Assembly (NCBI GenBank): GCA_017549425.1
Contig: JAFYUV010000016.1
Span: 440-64,439 of the forward strand
Reading direction: 5' to 3'
Origin: Clostridia bacterium
Lineage (GTDB): Bacteria; Bacillota; Clostridia; TANB77; CAG-465
DNA length: 64,000 bases
Below are positions 10,196 to 20,376 of this stretch, piece by piece; within the stretch, counting starts at the first letter, position 1; the number at the start of each line of letters is the position of its first letter. A program made the position numbers and the translations under genes. The notes under the pieces were generated by a model. That model made no database searches, was not told the DNA's origin, and saw only the letters and a list, made by a program, of their open reading frames with translations.

Positions 10196-10537
10196 TTACT
10201 TAATTTCTGTGTGACATTTTCTACATACTCTTGTTCTTTTTCCGTCTGCAGAAACTTCTACACCAACTTTTACACCTTTTGAACATTTTTCACAGAAATA
10301 ATTTACTTTAGAAACGTTCACTGGTGCTTCTATTTTAAGTATTCCAGATTCTTGACCTTGTTTTCTAGGTTTAACGTGTCTTGTTCTTACGTTAATTCCT
10401 TGAACAACAACTTTATTATCTGCTTTTAATACTTTTATAATTTTTCCTTTTTTACCTTTTTCAGTACCAGAATTTACTATAACAGTATCTCCTGCTCTAA
10501 GCTTTATTTTGCTTTCATTTTTGATTTTCTTTATCAT
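10196..10537 (-). CDS. rplX: 50S ribosomal protein L24
   Basis: KOW motif GDTVIVNSGTEKGKKG; EAPVNVSKV. Confidence 0.97.
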   Translation of the reverse strand: MIKKIKNESKIKLRAGDTVIVNSGTEKGKKGKIIKVLKADNKVVVQGINVRTRHVKPRKQGQESGILKIEAPVNVSKVNYFCEKCSKGVKVGVEVSADGKRTRVCRKCHTEIK

Positions 10538-10552
10538 CTTAGTCCACCTTCC

Positions 10553-10921
10553 TTACAGTACTTCTGGGGCTAAAGATATAATTTTCATATAATCTTTATC
10601 TCTTAGCTCTCTTGCAACAGGTCCGAAGATACGAGTACCTTTTGGAGTTTTATCATCTTTTATTATAACTGCTGCATTTTCATCAAACTTAATGTATGAG
10701 CCGTCTTGACGTTTAAGACCAGTTTTGCTTCTAACAATAACTGCTTTTACTACGTCACCTTTTCCTACAACGCCACCTGGTGTTGCTGTTTTAACAGAAG
10801 CTACGATTACATCTCCGATGTTACCCCATTTTCTATGGTGTCCACCAAGAACTCTAATACACATTAATTTTTTTGCCCCTGTGTTATCTGCCACATTTAC
10901 AACTGATTGTTGTTGTATCAT
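10553..10921 (-). CDS. rplN: 50S ribosomal protein L14
   Basis: [21 protein letters not shown]. Confidence 0.98.
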   Translation of the reverse strand: MIQQQSVVNVADNTGAKKLMCIRVLGGHHRKWGNIGDVIVASVKTATPGGVVGKGDVVKAVIVRSKTGLKRQDGSYIKFDENAAVIIKDDKTPKGTRIFGPVARELRDKDYMKIISLAPEVL

Positions 10922-10940
10922 AGTAGGATCCTCCTTTTCT

Positions 10941-11195
10941 CTATTTTGCTTTTTCTACTATTTTAACTAGTCTATATCTTTTATCTTTGCTTAATGGTCT
11001 TGTCTCCATAATTTCTACTGTATCGCCAATTCCACAAACATTTTCTTCATCATGAGCTTTTACTTTTAAAGTTTTGTTCATAATTTTGTTATAAAGTGGA
11101 TGTTTAAACTTAGTGTCAATTCTTACTACTATTGTCTTATCCATCTTATTTGAAACAACTTTTCCAATTTTTGTTTTACGCATGTTTCTTTCCAC
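10941..11195 (-). CDS. rpsQ: 30S ribosomal protein S17
   Basis: [27 protein letters not shown]. Confidence 0.98.
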   Translation of the reverse strand: MERNMRKTKIGKVVSNKMDKTIVVRIDTKFKHPLYNKIMNKTLKVKAHDEENVCGIGDTVEIMETRPLSKDKRYRLVKIVEKAK

Positions 11196-11207
11196 TAGTA
11201 TTACCTC

Positions 11208-11522
11208 CTACTTCTCTTCTTCAGCAGTTTTTTCTTCTGCTTTCTTTTTTGTTGTAGTTTTCTTGGCTGTAGTTTTTTTAGCTTTAGACTCTGTCTTTTT
11301 GATTTCTTTTACTTCAACTACTTCACCGTTTTTTTTCATTGTTAAAATAGTATTTACTCTAGCGATGTTTTTCTTTGTATCTACTATTTTATGAGGATTG
11401 TCTAAACCGTTCATCGCATGTGAAAATCTTAATTTAAACAATTCTTGTTTTAATGCTTTAAGTTCTTCAACTAAAGCTTTTTCATCCATATTTTTGTAGT
11501 CATTAAGTTTATTATTCTTCAA
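11208..11522 (-). CDS. rpmC: 50S ribosomal protein L29 with Lys/Glu/Thr-rich C-terminal tail
   Basis: [24 protein letters not shown] core; position between rplP and rpsQ. Confidence 0.95.
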   Translation of the reverse strand: MKNNKLNDYKNMDEKALVEELKALKQELFKLRFSHAMNGLDNPHKIVDTKKNIARVNTILTMKKNGEVVEVKEIKKTESKAKKTTAKKTTTKKKAEEKTAEEEK

Positions 11523-11952
11523 TTGTCTTACCTCCCTCAGCTTGCTCTTCTCTACTTACTATTTTACATTTAATAGGAAGTTTTTGAATTGCTTTTCTTA
11601 GAGCTTCTTTTGAAGTAGCTTCATCTAATCCGCTAATTTCAAACATCACTCTTCCAGGCTTAACTACTGCAACGAAGTACTCTGGATTTCCTTTACCAGA
11701 ACCCATACGAGTTTCTGCAGGTTTTTTTGTTATTGGTTTATCTGGGAATATTGTTATCCACATTTTACCAAACTTTTTAGTATATCTTGAGATTACAACT
11801 CTGGCTGATTCTATTTGATTGTTTGTTATAAATGTAGGTTCCATAGCAGCTATACCGTAATCACCATGTACTAGTTTATTACCTCTAGTTGCATTTCCTC
11901 TAATTCTACCTTTTTGCATTTTTCTATATTTTGTTCTTTTAGGTACTAACAT
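11512..11952 (-). CDS. rplP: 50S ribosomal protein L16
   Basis: [20 protein letters not shown]. Confidence 0.98.
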   Translation of the reverse strand: MLVPKRTKYRKMQKGRIRGNATRGNKLVHGDYGIAAMEPTFITNNQIESARVVISRYTKKFGKMWITIFPDKPITKKPAETRMGSGKGNPEYFVAVVKPGRVMFEISGLDEATSKEALRKAIQKLPIKCKIVSREEQAEGGKTIEE

Positions 11953-12614
11953 TATTTGTTACCCCCTTTAGTTGTTCTTTTTTTTGCTGGTAAAACTTCG
12001 CCTTTATATATCCAAACTTTAACACCGATTATTCCGTATGTTGTATTTGCTTCTGCAAATCCATAATCAATATCTGCTCTTAAAGTTTGTAGTGGAATTG
12101 TTCCTTCACTATAGTGTTCAGCTCTAGCGATTTCAGCTCCACCAAGACGTCCAGAAACTTGAGTTTTTATACCCTTTGCTCCTGCTCTCATAGTTTTACT
12201 CATTGCTTGTTTCATTGCTTTTCTGAAAGATATTCTCTTCTCTAATTGAGTTGCAATATTTTCAGCTACAAGTGTTGCATCCATATCTATATTTTTAACT
12301 TCTACTATATTTACGAATACATTTTTACCTGTCATTTTATCTAATTTCTTCTTTAATTCTTCAATAGCTGCTCCGCCTTTACCGATTATCATACCAGGTT
12401 TTGCAGTATTTAAGCTAACATATACGTCATTTCCTTTTCTTTCAATTTTGATGTCAGAGATTCCAGCTGTTTTTAAAGTTTTCTTCAAATATACACGTAT
12501 TTTGTTATCTTCTACAAGACATTTTGAAAAATCTTGTTTAGAAGCATACCAAGTTGAAGACCAATCTTTAATTATGCCTACTCTTAAACCATGTGGACTT
12601 ACTTTTTGACCCAT
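11952..12614 (-). CDS. rpsC: 30S ribosomal protein S3
   Basis: [24 protein letters not shown]. Confidence 0.98.
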   Translation of the reverse strand: MGQKVSPHGLRVGIIKDWSSTWYASKQDFSKCLVEDNKIRVYLKKTLKTAGISDIKIERKGNDVYVSLNTAKPGMIIGKGGAAIEELKKKLDKMTGKNVFVNIVEVKNIDMDATLVAENIATQLEKRISFRKAMKQAMSKTMRAGAKGIKTQVSGRLGGAEIARAEHYSEGTIPLQTLRADIDYGFAEANTTYGIIGVKVWIYKGEVLPAKKRTTKGGNK

Positions 12615-12627
12615 TGTTCGCTTCCTC

Positions 12628-12963
12628 CTATTCTACTTCTTTTAGAACTATTGTTATATGACTAGTTCTTTTTCTTATTCTGTAAGCTCTTCCTTGAGCT
12701 CTTGGCATTACCCTTTTCATTGTAGGTCCTTGACCTGCATAAGCTTCTGCAACATAAAGTTTGCTTTCTGTCATGTTGTGATTATTAGTCGCATTTGCCA
12801 TAGCAGATTTAAGAATCTTTGAAATGATAGGGCTAGCTGCTTTATTAGTATATCTTAATATTGCTATTGCTTCTTGTGCATTTTTACCTTTAATTGTATC
12901 TAAAACAATTTTGGCTTTTCTTGCACTTAATCTTGCATATTTTAATTGTGCTCTTGCTTCCAT
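12628..12963 (-). CDS. rplV: 50S ribosomal protein L22
   Basis: [22 protein letters not shown]. Confidence 0.98.
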   Translation of the reverse strand: MEARAQLKYARLSARKAKIVLDTIKGKNAQEAIAILRYTNKAASPIISKILKSAMANATNNHNMTESKLYVAEAYAGQGPTMKRVMPRAQGRAYRIRKRTSHITIVLKEVE

Positions 12964-12989
12964 GTGTTTAGTTCCTCCTATTTCAAATT

Positions 12990-13268
12990 CTATCTAACAT
13001 TACTCTTTTTGTCTCCAGCGTGTCCTCTGAAAAGTCTTGTTGGAGCAAATTCGCCTAATTTATGTCCTACCATTTCTTCTGTTACATATACAGGTACATG
13101 ACGTCTTCCATCATGAACTGCTATTGTGTGTCCTATCATTTGTGGATATATTGTAGATGATCTTGACCAAGTCTTTATTGCTTCTTTGCTATCTGTCTCA
13201 TTCATTTTTTCTATTTTAGCTAAAAGTTTAGCATCTACATAAGGTCCTTTTTTTAGTGATCTTGACAT
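12990..13268 (-). CDS. rpsS: 30S ribosomal protein S19
   Basis: [21 protein letters not shown]. Confidence 0.98.
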   Translation of the reverse strand: MSRSLKKGPYVDAKLLAKIEKMNETDSKEAIKTWSRSSTIYPQMIGHTIAVHDGRRHVPVYVTEEMVGHKLGEFAPTRLFRGHAGDKKSNVR

Positions 13269-13281
13269 ATTTTATATCCTC

Positions 13282-14115
13282 CTATTTTCTATTTCTTCTC
13301 TTTACGATATATTTATCTGTTCTGTGATTTTTCTTACGAGTCTTGTAACCTAAAGCTGGTTTACCCCATGGAGTCATTGGGCCTGCGTGTCCTACTGGTG
13401 CTTTACCTTCACCACCACCGTGTGGGTGATCATTAGGGTTCATTACAGATCCTCTTACTGTAGGTCTTATACCCATGTGACGAGTTCTTCCTGCTTTACC
13501 TAAGTTGATATTTTCATTATCTGAATTTCCTAATACACCGATTGTAGCGAAACAATCTACAGGTATTAATCTCATTTCTCCTGATGGCATTCTTACGTGA
13601 GCATATTTACCCTCTTTTGCCATAAGTTGTGCACTTGCTCCAGCAGTTCTTACTAATTGACCACCTTTACCTTTGTGCAATTCAATATTGTGTATTTCAG
13701 TACCAACTGGGATTGAACTTATTGGTAATGCATTACCTGGTTTTATATCAGCTGTTGCTGAAGATATAACCTTCATTCCATCTGTTAATCCTTGAGGTGC
13801 TAATATGTATGATTTTGTTCCATCTTCATATTCAATAAGTGCTATGTTTGCTGTTCTGTTTGGATCATATTCGATACCAATTACTGTTGCATACATATCC
13901 ATTTTATTTCTTTTGAAATCTATTAATCTATATTTTCTTCTTGAACCGCCACCATGATGTCTAACTGTTATTTTACCTGTGTTATTTCTTCCAGCATTTT
14001 TCTTTAATGTTGTTAGAAGAGATTTTTCAGGAGTGAATTTTGTTATTTCTTCGTTTGCTAGAACAGTCATGTGTCTTCTTGATGGAGTTGTTGGTCTAAA
14101 TGATTTTATTCCCAT
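13282..14115 (-). CDS. rplB: 50S ribosomal protein L2
   Basis: [30 protein letters not shown]; start refined to MGIKSF. Confidence 0.98.
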   Translation of the reverse strand: MGIKSFRPTTPSRRHMTVLANEEITKFTPEKSLLTTLKKNAGRNNTGKITVRHHGGGSRRKYRLIDFKRNKMDMYATVIGIEYDPNRTANIALIEYEDGTKSYILAPQGLTDGMKVISSATADIKPGNALPISSIPVGTEIHNIELHKGKGGQLVRTAGASAQLMAKEGKYAHVRMPSGEMRLIPVDCFATIGVLGNSDNENINLGKAGRTRHMGIRPTVRGSVMNPNDHPHGGGEGKAPVGHAGPMTPWGKPALGYKTRKKNHRTDKYIVKRRNRK

Positions 14116-14116
14116 T

Positions 14117-14488
14117 TTACTTTCCTCCCTCACTTGCAAATGCTGAAGAAATTTCAGCTATTTCTGTGTTATATTTCTTTGATTTTTTAACTTCTTTTCC
14201 ACCTTTTGTTAGATACTTTTCTTCCTTAGGGTTTGTATCTATTGTAACAATTGCTTTTTTCCAAGCGCTTGTTTTTCCTTGGTGTACTCCAACTCTTTTT
14301 GTTTTTCCGTCATATCTTAAAGTGTTAACTTTTAAAACTTTTACATTAAATAATTCTTCAACTGCATTTTTGATATCTATTTTAGTAGCATCAATTTTAG
14401 TTTGGAATGTATATTTTCCGTTAGCCATTTCAGAATAACTTTTTTCTGTAATTATAGGTCTTATAATAACGTCTTCTGCGTATAACAT
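14117..14488 (-). CDS. rplW: 50S ribosomal protein L23 with C-terminal extension
   Basis: [30 protein letters not shown]. Confidence 0.96.
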   Translation of the reverse strand: MLYAEDVIIRPIITEKSYSEMANGKYTFQTKIDATKIDIKNAVEELFNVKVLKVNTLRYDGKTKRVGVHQGKTSAWKKAIVTIDTNPKEEKYLTKGGKEVKKSKKYNTEIAEISSAFASEGGK

Positions 14489-15108
14489 TAAGCGTACACC
14501 TCCTCTAATGTCTTAACTGCGTTAACTTCAATTACCAAACTATCATATTTTAATAAATCAAATATGTTTATAGTATTTACAGTAATTGTTTTAACGTTTT
14601 CTATATTTCTACTACTAGCTTGAACATTTAAGTTCTTTTCATTTAAAACAACTAAAGCTTTGTTTGCTTTTAAGTTATTTAAAACTTCTACCATTTTCTT
14701 AGTTTTGATTTCTGCTAATTCAACATTATCTACAACTATTAATTTTCCTTCAGCTACTTTTGAAGTAAGAACTGATTTTATAGCTAAAGCTTTTACTTTT
14801 TTAGGTAATTTGTATCTATAGTCTCTTGGTTTTGGACCTAAAGCTATACCACCTTTAATCCATTGTGGAGCTCTTATAGAACCTTGTCTAGCTCTACCTG
14901 TTCCTTTTTGTCTCCATGGTTTTATTCCACCACCACGAACTTCTGCTCTTGTTTTTGTACTTTGAGTACCTTGTCTTTGATTAGCAAGGAAATTTACTAG
15001 TACTTGATGTACTACAGTTTCATTTACTTCTATACCAAAAACAGCTTCTGATAATTCGATTTCTGAAACTTTTTTACCTGTTATATCTAATACATCTGCC
15101 TTTTGCAT
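14488..15108 (-). CDS. rplD: 50S ribosomal protein L4
   Basis: [21 protein letters not shown]. Confidence 0.98.
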   Translation of the reverse strand: MQKADVLDITGKKVSEIELSEAVFGIEVNETVVHQVLVNFLANQRQGTQSTKTRAEVRGGGIKPWRQKGTGRARQGSIRAPQWIKGGIALGPKPRDYRYKLPKKVKALAIKSVLTSKVAEGKLIVVDNVELAEIKTKKMVEVLNNLKANKALVVLNEKNLNVQASSRNIENVKTITVNTINIFDLLKYDSLVIEVNAVKTLEEVYA

Positions 15109-15135
15109 TGTCTTTTTCTCCTTTCTTCCTCAAAA

Positions 15136-15759
15136 TTACTTTACACTTGAAGTTAAGTTTACAACTGAGTTTTTAGCTCCAGGAATAGATCCTTTTACTA
15201 ATACTGCGTTTTTCTCAACGTCAACTTTAACTACTTCTAAGTTTAATGCAGTTCTATTTACATGTCCCATATGACCTGCAAGTTTTTTGTTTTTAAATAC
15301 TCTTCCTGGATTTGTTCCTGCACCCATAGAACCTGGTCTTCTGTGATAGTTAGAACCGTGAGTTGTAGGTCCTCTATGTAAACCATATCTTTTGATTACA
15401 CCTGCAAATCCCTTACCTTTAGATACTCCATGAGCATCAACTCTATCACCAGCAGTTAAAACTTCTAAAGTGATTGTTGAGCCAATTTCATATTCATCAG
15501 TATTTTCAACTTTTATTTCTTTTAAATATTTTTTTACTGGAACACCAGCTTTTGTGAATATTCCTTTTTGTGGTTTGTTAACTTTGTTTTCTTTAATATC
15601 GCCAAAGCCAACAACAATTGCGTTATATCCTTCTTTGTCTGTAGTTTTTTTAGCAACTACTGTCATAGGATAAGCTTCGATTACTGTTACTGGAACAACT
15701 GTGCCATCTTCGTTAAAGTATTGAGTCATTCCTAACTTTTTACCGTATAATTCTTTCAT
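15136..15759 (-). CDS. rplC: 50S ribosomal protein L3
   Basis: GKKLGMTQ, SKGKGFAGVIKR, HRRPGSMG. Confidence 0.98.
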   Translation of the reverse strand: MKELYGKKLGMTQYFNEDGTVVPVTVIEAYPMTVVAKKTTDKEGYNAIVVGFGDIKENKVNKPQKGIFTKAGVPVKKYLKEIKVENTDEYEIGSTITLEVLTAGDRVDAHGVSKGKGFAGVIKRYGLHRGPTTHGSNYHRRPGSMGAGTNPGRVFKNKKLAGHMGHVNRTALNLEVVKVDVEKNAVLVKGSIPGAKNSVVNLTSSVK

Positions 15760-15869
15760 GTTTTCCTCCCAAATAATTTAAATAAACTTTTTATGTTTAA
15801 CTATATTGCCATATTTAATATAGGGTATGTTATTGCCTCTTAACATTTAGAGGGTAACTATTAAATATA

Positions 15870-16187
15870 TTAAAGTTTAACATCAATTTCAACACCAGCA
15901 GGCATATCTATTGCCATCAAAGCATCGATTGTTGCTTGATTAGGTGCTGTAACATCAATAACTCTTTTATGAGTTCTTAATTCAAATTGTTCTCTTGAAT
16001 CTTTGTGTTTATGAGGTGAACGTAATATTGTTACTATCTCTTTTCTAGTAGGCAATGGTACAGGTCCTGAAACTATTGCTCCTGAACTTTTTGCCACCTC
16101 AACTAACTTAGCTGCAGTTTGTTCTAGCACTACGTGATCATAAGCTTTTAATCTTATTCTCATTTTAGATACATTTGTTTTTGCCAT
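15870..16187 (-). CDS. rpsJ: 30S ribosomal protein S10
   Basis: [30 protein letters not shown]; start refined to ATG 16187. Confidence 0.98.
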   Translation of the reverse strand: MAKTNVSKMRIRLKAYDHVVLEQTAAKLVEVAKSSGAIVSGPVPLPTRKEIVTILRSPHKHKDSREQFELRTHKRVIDVTAPNQATIDALMAIDMPAGVEIDVKL

Positions 16188-16199
16188 ATTTTTCACTCC

Positions 16200-16390
16200 T
16201 TTACTATAATTTCAAGGTCTCGCAAGTTATACACTACCCCGTGTGTTTCAAATTTGTTGTCTAATATAAAGCCAAATATACATTTGGCAAATACAAATTC
16301 TCTACTTGCCGCCCGATTTTAAATCAGACATGCTCCATGGAAGTTCCCTATGTCTACGCATAGCCATCTACCACTTCAACGCAAATCAAC
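16200..16390 (-). promoter_or_regulatory. S10 operon leader RNA; promoter TTGCTT-17-TATAAT at 16397-16425
   Basis: Leader contains GGGAACTTCCATGGAGCATGTCTG...GGGCGGC, resembling the Firmicute S10 leader core as recalled (GGAAxTTxCxxGGAGxATGTCT...GGCG). Confidence 0.6.
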
Positions 16391-16493
16391 ATCATTATTA
16401 TAAACCATAATCGTCTTAAAAGCAAGCTTTTTTATTAAATTTGTTGTAAAAATAAAGAAAAACTCAAGCACCTTTTAAGATGCTTGAGTTTTT

Positions 16494-17048
16494 TCATAAA
16501 TAGCCTTCAATTTGAACAATATCAAAGTTGTTAATAAGTTCAATAACCACTTGTTCATCCAACTTTAACAAAGTCTGAATTTCTTTGGCTTCAAATTCAA
16601 CCAAAAGTTCCAACATGTTAGATGGATCAACGCGTGAATTAATGAATTCTATTTTTTTCTTCTCATCTTCGCTCAAAATCTCTCTTAATTCATCAAATGT
16701 ATTTTTGTAGCTTACATATCTTAGATATAAGTCAAGATCCTTTAACAGAACTTTTATTAAGAAAAAAGATGCAATAAAGCTCACCATCAAATACATTATC
16801 AACTTTGTTGAAAATCCGCTTGTTACATTAATAATGACGCCAAATGTTGAAATCAATATAATACAATTTATTATACCAAAAAACAACATTGCTTTGCCAG
16901 TTAACTCTGGATTAAGTAAAAAGAAATTCAATGTCATTAATCCAGCCGATATAGCGAGCATCAACAAAGCACAAGAATCAGATAATTCAGGCAAAAAAAG
17001 TAGTGAAACGGACGAGAGAAAAATCGATAAGCTGTTTCTTATTCGCAT
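16494..17048 (-). CDS. Hypothetical membrane protein (4 TM + acidic helical tail)
   Basis: Hydrophobic N-half, acidic C-half; terminator hairpin at ~16458-16494. Confidence 0.75.
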   Translation of the reverse strand: MRIRNSLSIFLSSVSLLFLPELSDSCALLMLAISAGLMTLNFFLLNPELTGKAMLFFGIINCIILISTFGVIINVTSGFSTKLIMYLMVSFIASFFLIKVLLKDLDLYLRYVSYKNTFDELREILSEDEKKKIEFINSRVDPSNMLELLVEFEAKEIQTLLKLDEQVVIELINNFDIVQIEGYL

Positions 17049-17188
17049 TAATTTAAATCCTCCAAAAATTTAATCAATTTTTTATAAATATAAACATCTT
17101 CTTCATTATAACACATTAATATTTTTATGTCAATTCAAATCAGCATAGCAAAGAGACTGAACGTATAATAATGTTCAGTCTCTCACAA

Positions 17189-17746
17189 CTATTCTTGAAG
17201 TAACTTATTTAACACTTCATATTTTTCTTCATTTATACACTTAGCAAGAATCTTTCTATCTCCATAAAATAATTTAACTATTTCATTTGGATAATACATT
17301 AAAACAAACTTAATCATTTTCTCTTCATCTACAGAGTCATAGAACGACATAAATTCTTGCCACTCTTCTTCACCGATCTTATCATACACCTCATACAAAG
17401 TATCAGCGAACACCTCTTGCATCCCCTCTTCATACCCATCATCTTTTATCGACATGATAAGTATGTATTGAAGATATATTTCTAAACCTAACAGTAAAAA
17501 CACATAACCTGTAATCTCACCTTCAAAAACATAATTTATAGCAAGCACAGAATAAGTCCATATCAAACGATTTACGCAAGAAATTGCAATACTTAAATTT
17601 TCACTTTCAACAGGTTTAATAAGTTTCAAATCGCAAAAATAGAGAACGACTCCAATAAACAGAACAAACATATTATATTGACTTGTAATAAAATATGGCA
17701 AAGCTATTATATAACTAGCTAATGCAAATTGATTCCGCACTTTCAT
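17189..17746 (-). CDS. Hypothetical membrane protein, same architecture as 16494-17048
   Basis: Same length (185 vs 184 aa), M[KR][VI]RN start, 4 TM + acidic tail; own terminator at ~17152-17183. Confidence 0.75.
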   Translation of the reverse strand: MKVRNQFALASYIIALPYFITSQYNMFVLFIGVVLYFCDLKLIKPVESENLSIAISCVNRLIWTYSVLAINYVFEGEITGYVFLLLGLEIYLQYILIMSIKDDGYEEGMQEVFADTLYEVYDKIGEEEWQEFMSFYDSVDEEKMIKFVLMYYPNEIVKLFYGDRKILAKCINEEKYEVLNKLLQE

Positions 17747-17769
17747 ATATTTATCTCCTTTTTATTTAT

Positions 17770-17776
17770 TTCGACA
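17770..17776 (-). promoter_or_regulatory. Perfect Spo0A box (TGTCGAA)
   Basis: TTCGACA on + strand, between the TTGACG-17-TAGAAT promoter and the start of 17189-17746; a 7-mer can occur by chance. Confidence 0.35.
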
Positions 17777-17917
17777 TAATAAGCAAAATTTCAAAATTTA
17801 ATTTACATTATTCTAACACAGTAATACCAATACGTCAATTGCCAATGTAACTTTTTTGTAATTTACTTGTAACACTTTTGTCGTTGACTTAAAGCATTTT
17901 TGTGATAATATCAAATC

Positions 17918-18098
17918 ATACCAGGAATGTATGAAAGCATATATGCATTTTCTAAAAATATCTACCCCTAAAGGATATATTTAGAAGTTCTTGGAAAAAG
18001 GTCGGACAGTTAGAACCTAATTAGATTCTACCGGCAAGTATGTCTTATACAGAAAACATACTAAAGAAAAAGAGGATACTTTCGTATCCTCTAATTTT
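17918..18098 (+). ncRNA. Candidate structured small RNA
   Basis: Upstream TTGACT-16-(TG)TAATAT; several nested stems; ends at hairpin AGAGGATAC-TTTC-GTATCCTCT followed by a T tract; no substantial ORF. Confidence 0.45.
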
Positions 18099-18099
18099 T

Positions 18100-18618
18100 T
18101 TAGCCTAAATCAAAATAACTTCCATAATCAGTCCTATCGTAATATTTAACGTGACTATACTTTATTCCGTCATATTCATGCGAACTAAGTACTTCTTTTT
18201 TCCAATTATTTTTATCAAATTCCGGAAAATATACATCCGCTGGCGCTTCAGCTTCTATTTCTGTTAAATAGAGTTCATCTGCCAACCCTATAAACATATT
18301 ATAGATGCTTGCACCGCCGATAATAAAGATATCTGCTTTTTCAGCTTCCAAATTGCAAAGCTTTATGAATTCAAGCTTGTCATGCATAACTATAACATCC
18401 TCTACGTCTTTGTTAAAGATGTCGTCGTCTGCAAGCACGATATGCTTTCTATCCGGCAATTTCTTCGGAAGAGAATTAAAGGTATTTTTTCCCATCGCAA
18501 CAACTGAGCCAAGCGTCTGCTCTTTGAAAAACTTCAAATCTCCCGGCAAATGCCAAATAAGGTCATTGTTTTTTCCAAGCTCTCGGTTTTTACCAATAGC
18601 CGCTATTATTTTTATCAT
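18100..18618 (-). CDS. folA: Dihydrofolate reductase
   Basis: IAAIGKNRELGKNNDLIWHLPGDLKFFK, MGKNTF, LPDRKHIV, IIGGASIY. Confidence 0.96.
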   Translation of the reverse strand: MIKIIAAIGKNRELGKNNDLIWHLPGDLKFFKEQTLGSVVAMGKNTFNSLPKKLPDRKHIVLADDDIFNKDVEDVIVMHDKLEFIKLCNLEAEKADIFIIGGASIYNMFIGLADELYLTEIEAEAPADVYFPEFDKNNWKKEVLSSHEYDGIKYSHVKYYDRTDYGSYFDLG

Positions 18619-19493
18619 ATTGCAACCTCCGCAGTTATAGAACCATGATTTTGGTAATTCTCAAGCCAAATATCTTTAAGTTCCTTGGAATTATCAAAAT
18701 CATAAAAGTCCTTGATTTCAGGATTTAAGCAAAGTTTAGGTGCAGGATAAGCCTTATCCAGATTGCCTATTGCTTTCTTTACCTGCTCTATATGATTTTC
18801 ATATATATGAGCATCAGATATAACCCAAGTCATTTTTCCCGGTTTATATCCAGTTACCTGTGCAAGCATATGAAGAAGGACCGCATATTGTGTAACGTTA
18901 AACGGGAAACCCAAGAAAACATCACAGGAGCGCTGATTAACCACAACATTAAGCTTACCATCAAGCACGCGCCATGTTGTAGACCAAACGCAAGAAGGCA
19001 ATACCGCGGTATCGAGGTGTGCATCTTGCCACAAGCTCATAACCATTCTTCTGTCATCCGGATTGTTTTTAAGCTTATCTATAAGCTTATCAATAAGCCC
19101 ATAATTATTTACGATCCAACCATAAGCCGTACCTATAGTATGAGCATACTCTTCGCCGAAATGTTTTTGACTCTTGATAGTAGTACCGTCTTTTTCATAA
19201 ATTCTGTACCATCCATCCTCATCAACTTCCCATTCATTCCATACTTTGACTCCGCGTTCTCTGAGTTCTCTCACATCGTTAGACTGCATCTGGTAGAACC
19301 AAAGCATTTCTTTTATAGCGCTTTTATACGCTACCTTTTTGATTGTGAGAATTGGGAATTCCTCTTCCAAATCAAACTGCATAACATAAGGGGTTACCGC
19401 ATAAGTATTTATGCCAGTTCTATTTCTACAATAGACGCCCTCGTTTAAGATGTAGTTACAAAGCTTTGCATATTCAAAATCAAATTTAGACAT
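18615..19493 (-). CDS. thyA: Thymidylate synthase ThyA
   Basis: RNRTG, PDDRRMV, LPSC, QRSCDVFLGFPFN, DAHIYENH. Confidence 0.97.
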   Translation of the reverse strand: MSKFDFEYAKLCNYILNEGVYCRNRTGINTYAVTPYVMQFDLEEEFPILTIKKVAYKSAIKEMLWFYQMQSNDVRELRERGVKVWNEWEVDEDGWYRIYEKDGTTIKSQKHFGEEYAHTIGTAYGWIVNNYGLIDKLIDKLKNNPDDRRMVMSLWQDAHLDTAVLPSCVWSTTWRVLDGKLNVVVNQRSCDVFLGFPFNVTQYAVLLHMLAQVTGYKPGKMTWVISDAHIYENHIEQVKKAIGNLDKAYPAPKLCLNPEIKDFYDFDNSKELKDIWLENYQNHGSITAEVAI

Positions 19494-19507
19494 AATAAAT
19501 ATCTCCT

Positions 19508-20215
19508 TTATAAATTATTTTTAATTATTGTAAATATTTCTTCAGAAATATCTTCTATACTTCTTAAAATGTCGTTCTCAACACAATTTATAACTTGCCA
19601 GTTATACTTCTTAGCTGCAAGTAAACCAGTTTTACAAGCGCTTTTTAAATAATCAACATTTGATTCATGAATATCTTGTTTTGCTTCGCCATTACTTTTA
19701 TTTGCCCTATTTTCTCTCATTTTTATTGTATATTCTATAGGAACATACAGATAAATAGTTAAATCCGGTCTTGGTATAGCCATATCATTATATTCAAGTG
19801 AACTCACCCATTCAACAAAATCACTTAAATTAGCATTATTTGTTTTCTCGTCACCGTCTTGAGTAAGCATCTTTGCACCTTGATGTATAATGTTTGACTC
19901 AACATATCTATCAAACACAAAAGTATGCTCCCCTGTTTTATACAAAGGTTCAATTTCTTTTTTATACGTTACGTATCTGTCTGCTGCATAAAATACAGAA
20001 GCTGCTTTTGCGCTTACATCAGACACTGATGAAGAAATTTCTCCATTTAAATACATTTTAACTAAGCTTGATGATTCACTGTCATAATTAGGAAACGATT
20101 TAGAATATACTTTTGCTCCAAGCTCTTCTAATCTTTGAGTTAGAAGCTTTGCTTGCGTTTGTTTACCACTGCCATCAGTTCCTTCTATAACTATGATTTT
20201 ACCTTTTAAGTCCAT
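19508..20215 (-). CDS. tmk: Thymidylate kinase
   Basis: IVIEGTDGSGKQTQ P-loop, DRY motifs, PDLTIYL; adjacent to thyA. Confidence 0.88.
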   Translation of the reverse strand: MDLKGKIIVIEGTDGSGKQTQAKLLTQRLEELGAKVYSKSFPNYDSESSSLVKMYLNGEISSSVSDVSAKAASVFYAADRYVTYKKEIEPLYKTGEHTFVFDRYVESNIIHQGAKMLTQDGDEKTNNANLSDFVEWVSSLEYNDMAIPRPDLTIYLYVPIEYTIKMRENRANKSNGEAKQDIHESNVDYLKSACKTGLLAAKKYNWQVINCVENDILRSIEDISEEIFTIIKNNL

Positions 20216-20376
20216 AACATTAAACTCCTTTCAAATTATATTTTTAGGATATTATTTTTTGCCACGTAACTTATATCACATTTTGATGAAAAAATCAACA
20301 CTTACTCAACTTGCTTAAACACGCAAAACGGAGGTTTTATATTAAAACAATCCCTCCGTTTTTGTTATTCTTTTAT

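Noticed and set aside
17918-18098. THF or other riboswitch controlling folA/thyA
   Set aside because: It lies at the 3' end of folA with its promoter on the opposite strand, and no known aptamer consensus was recognised.
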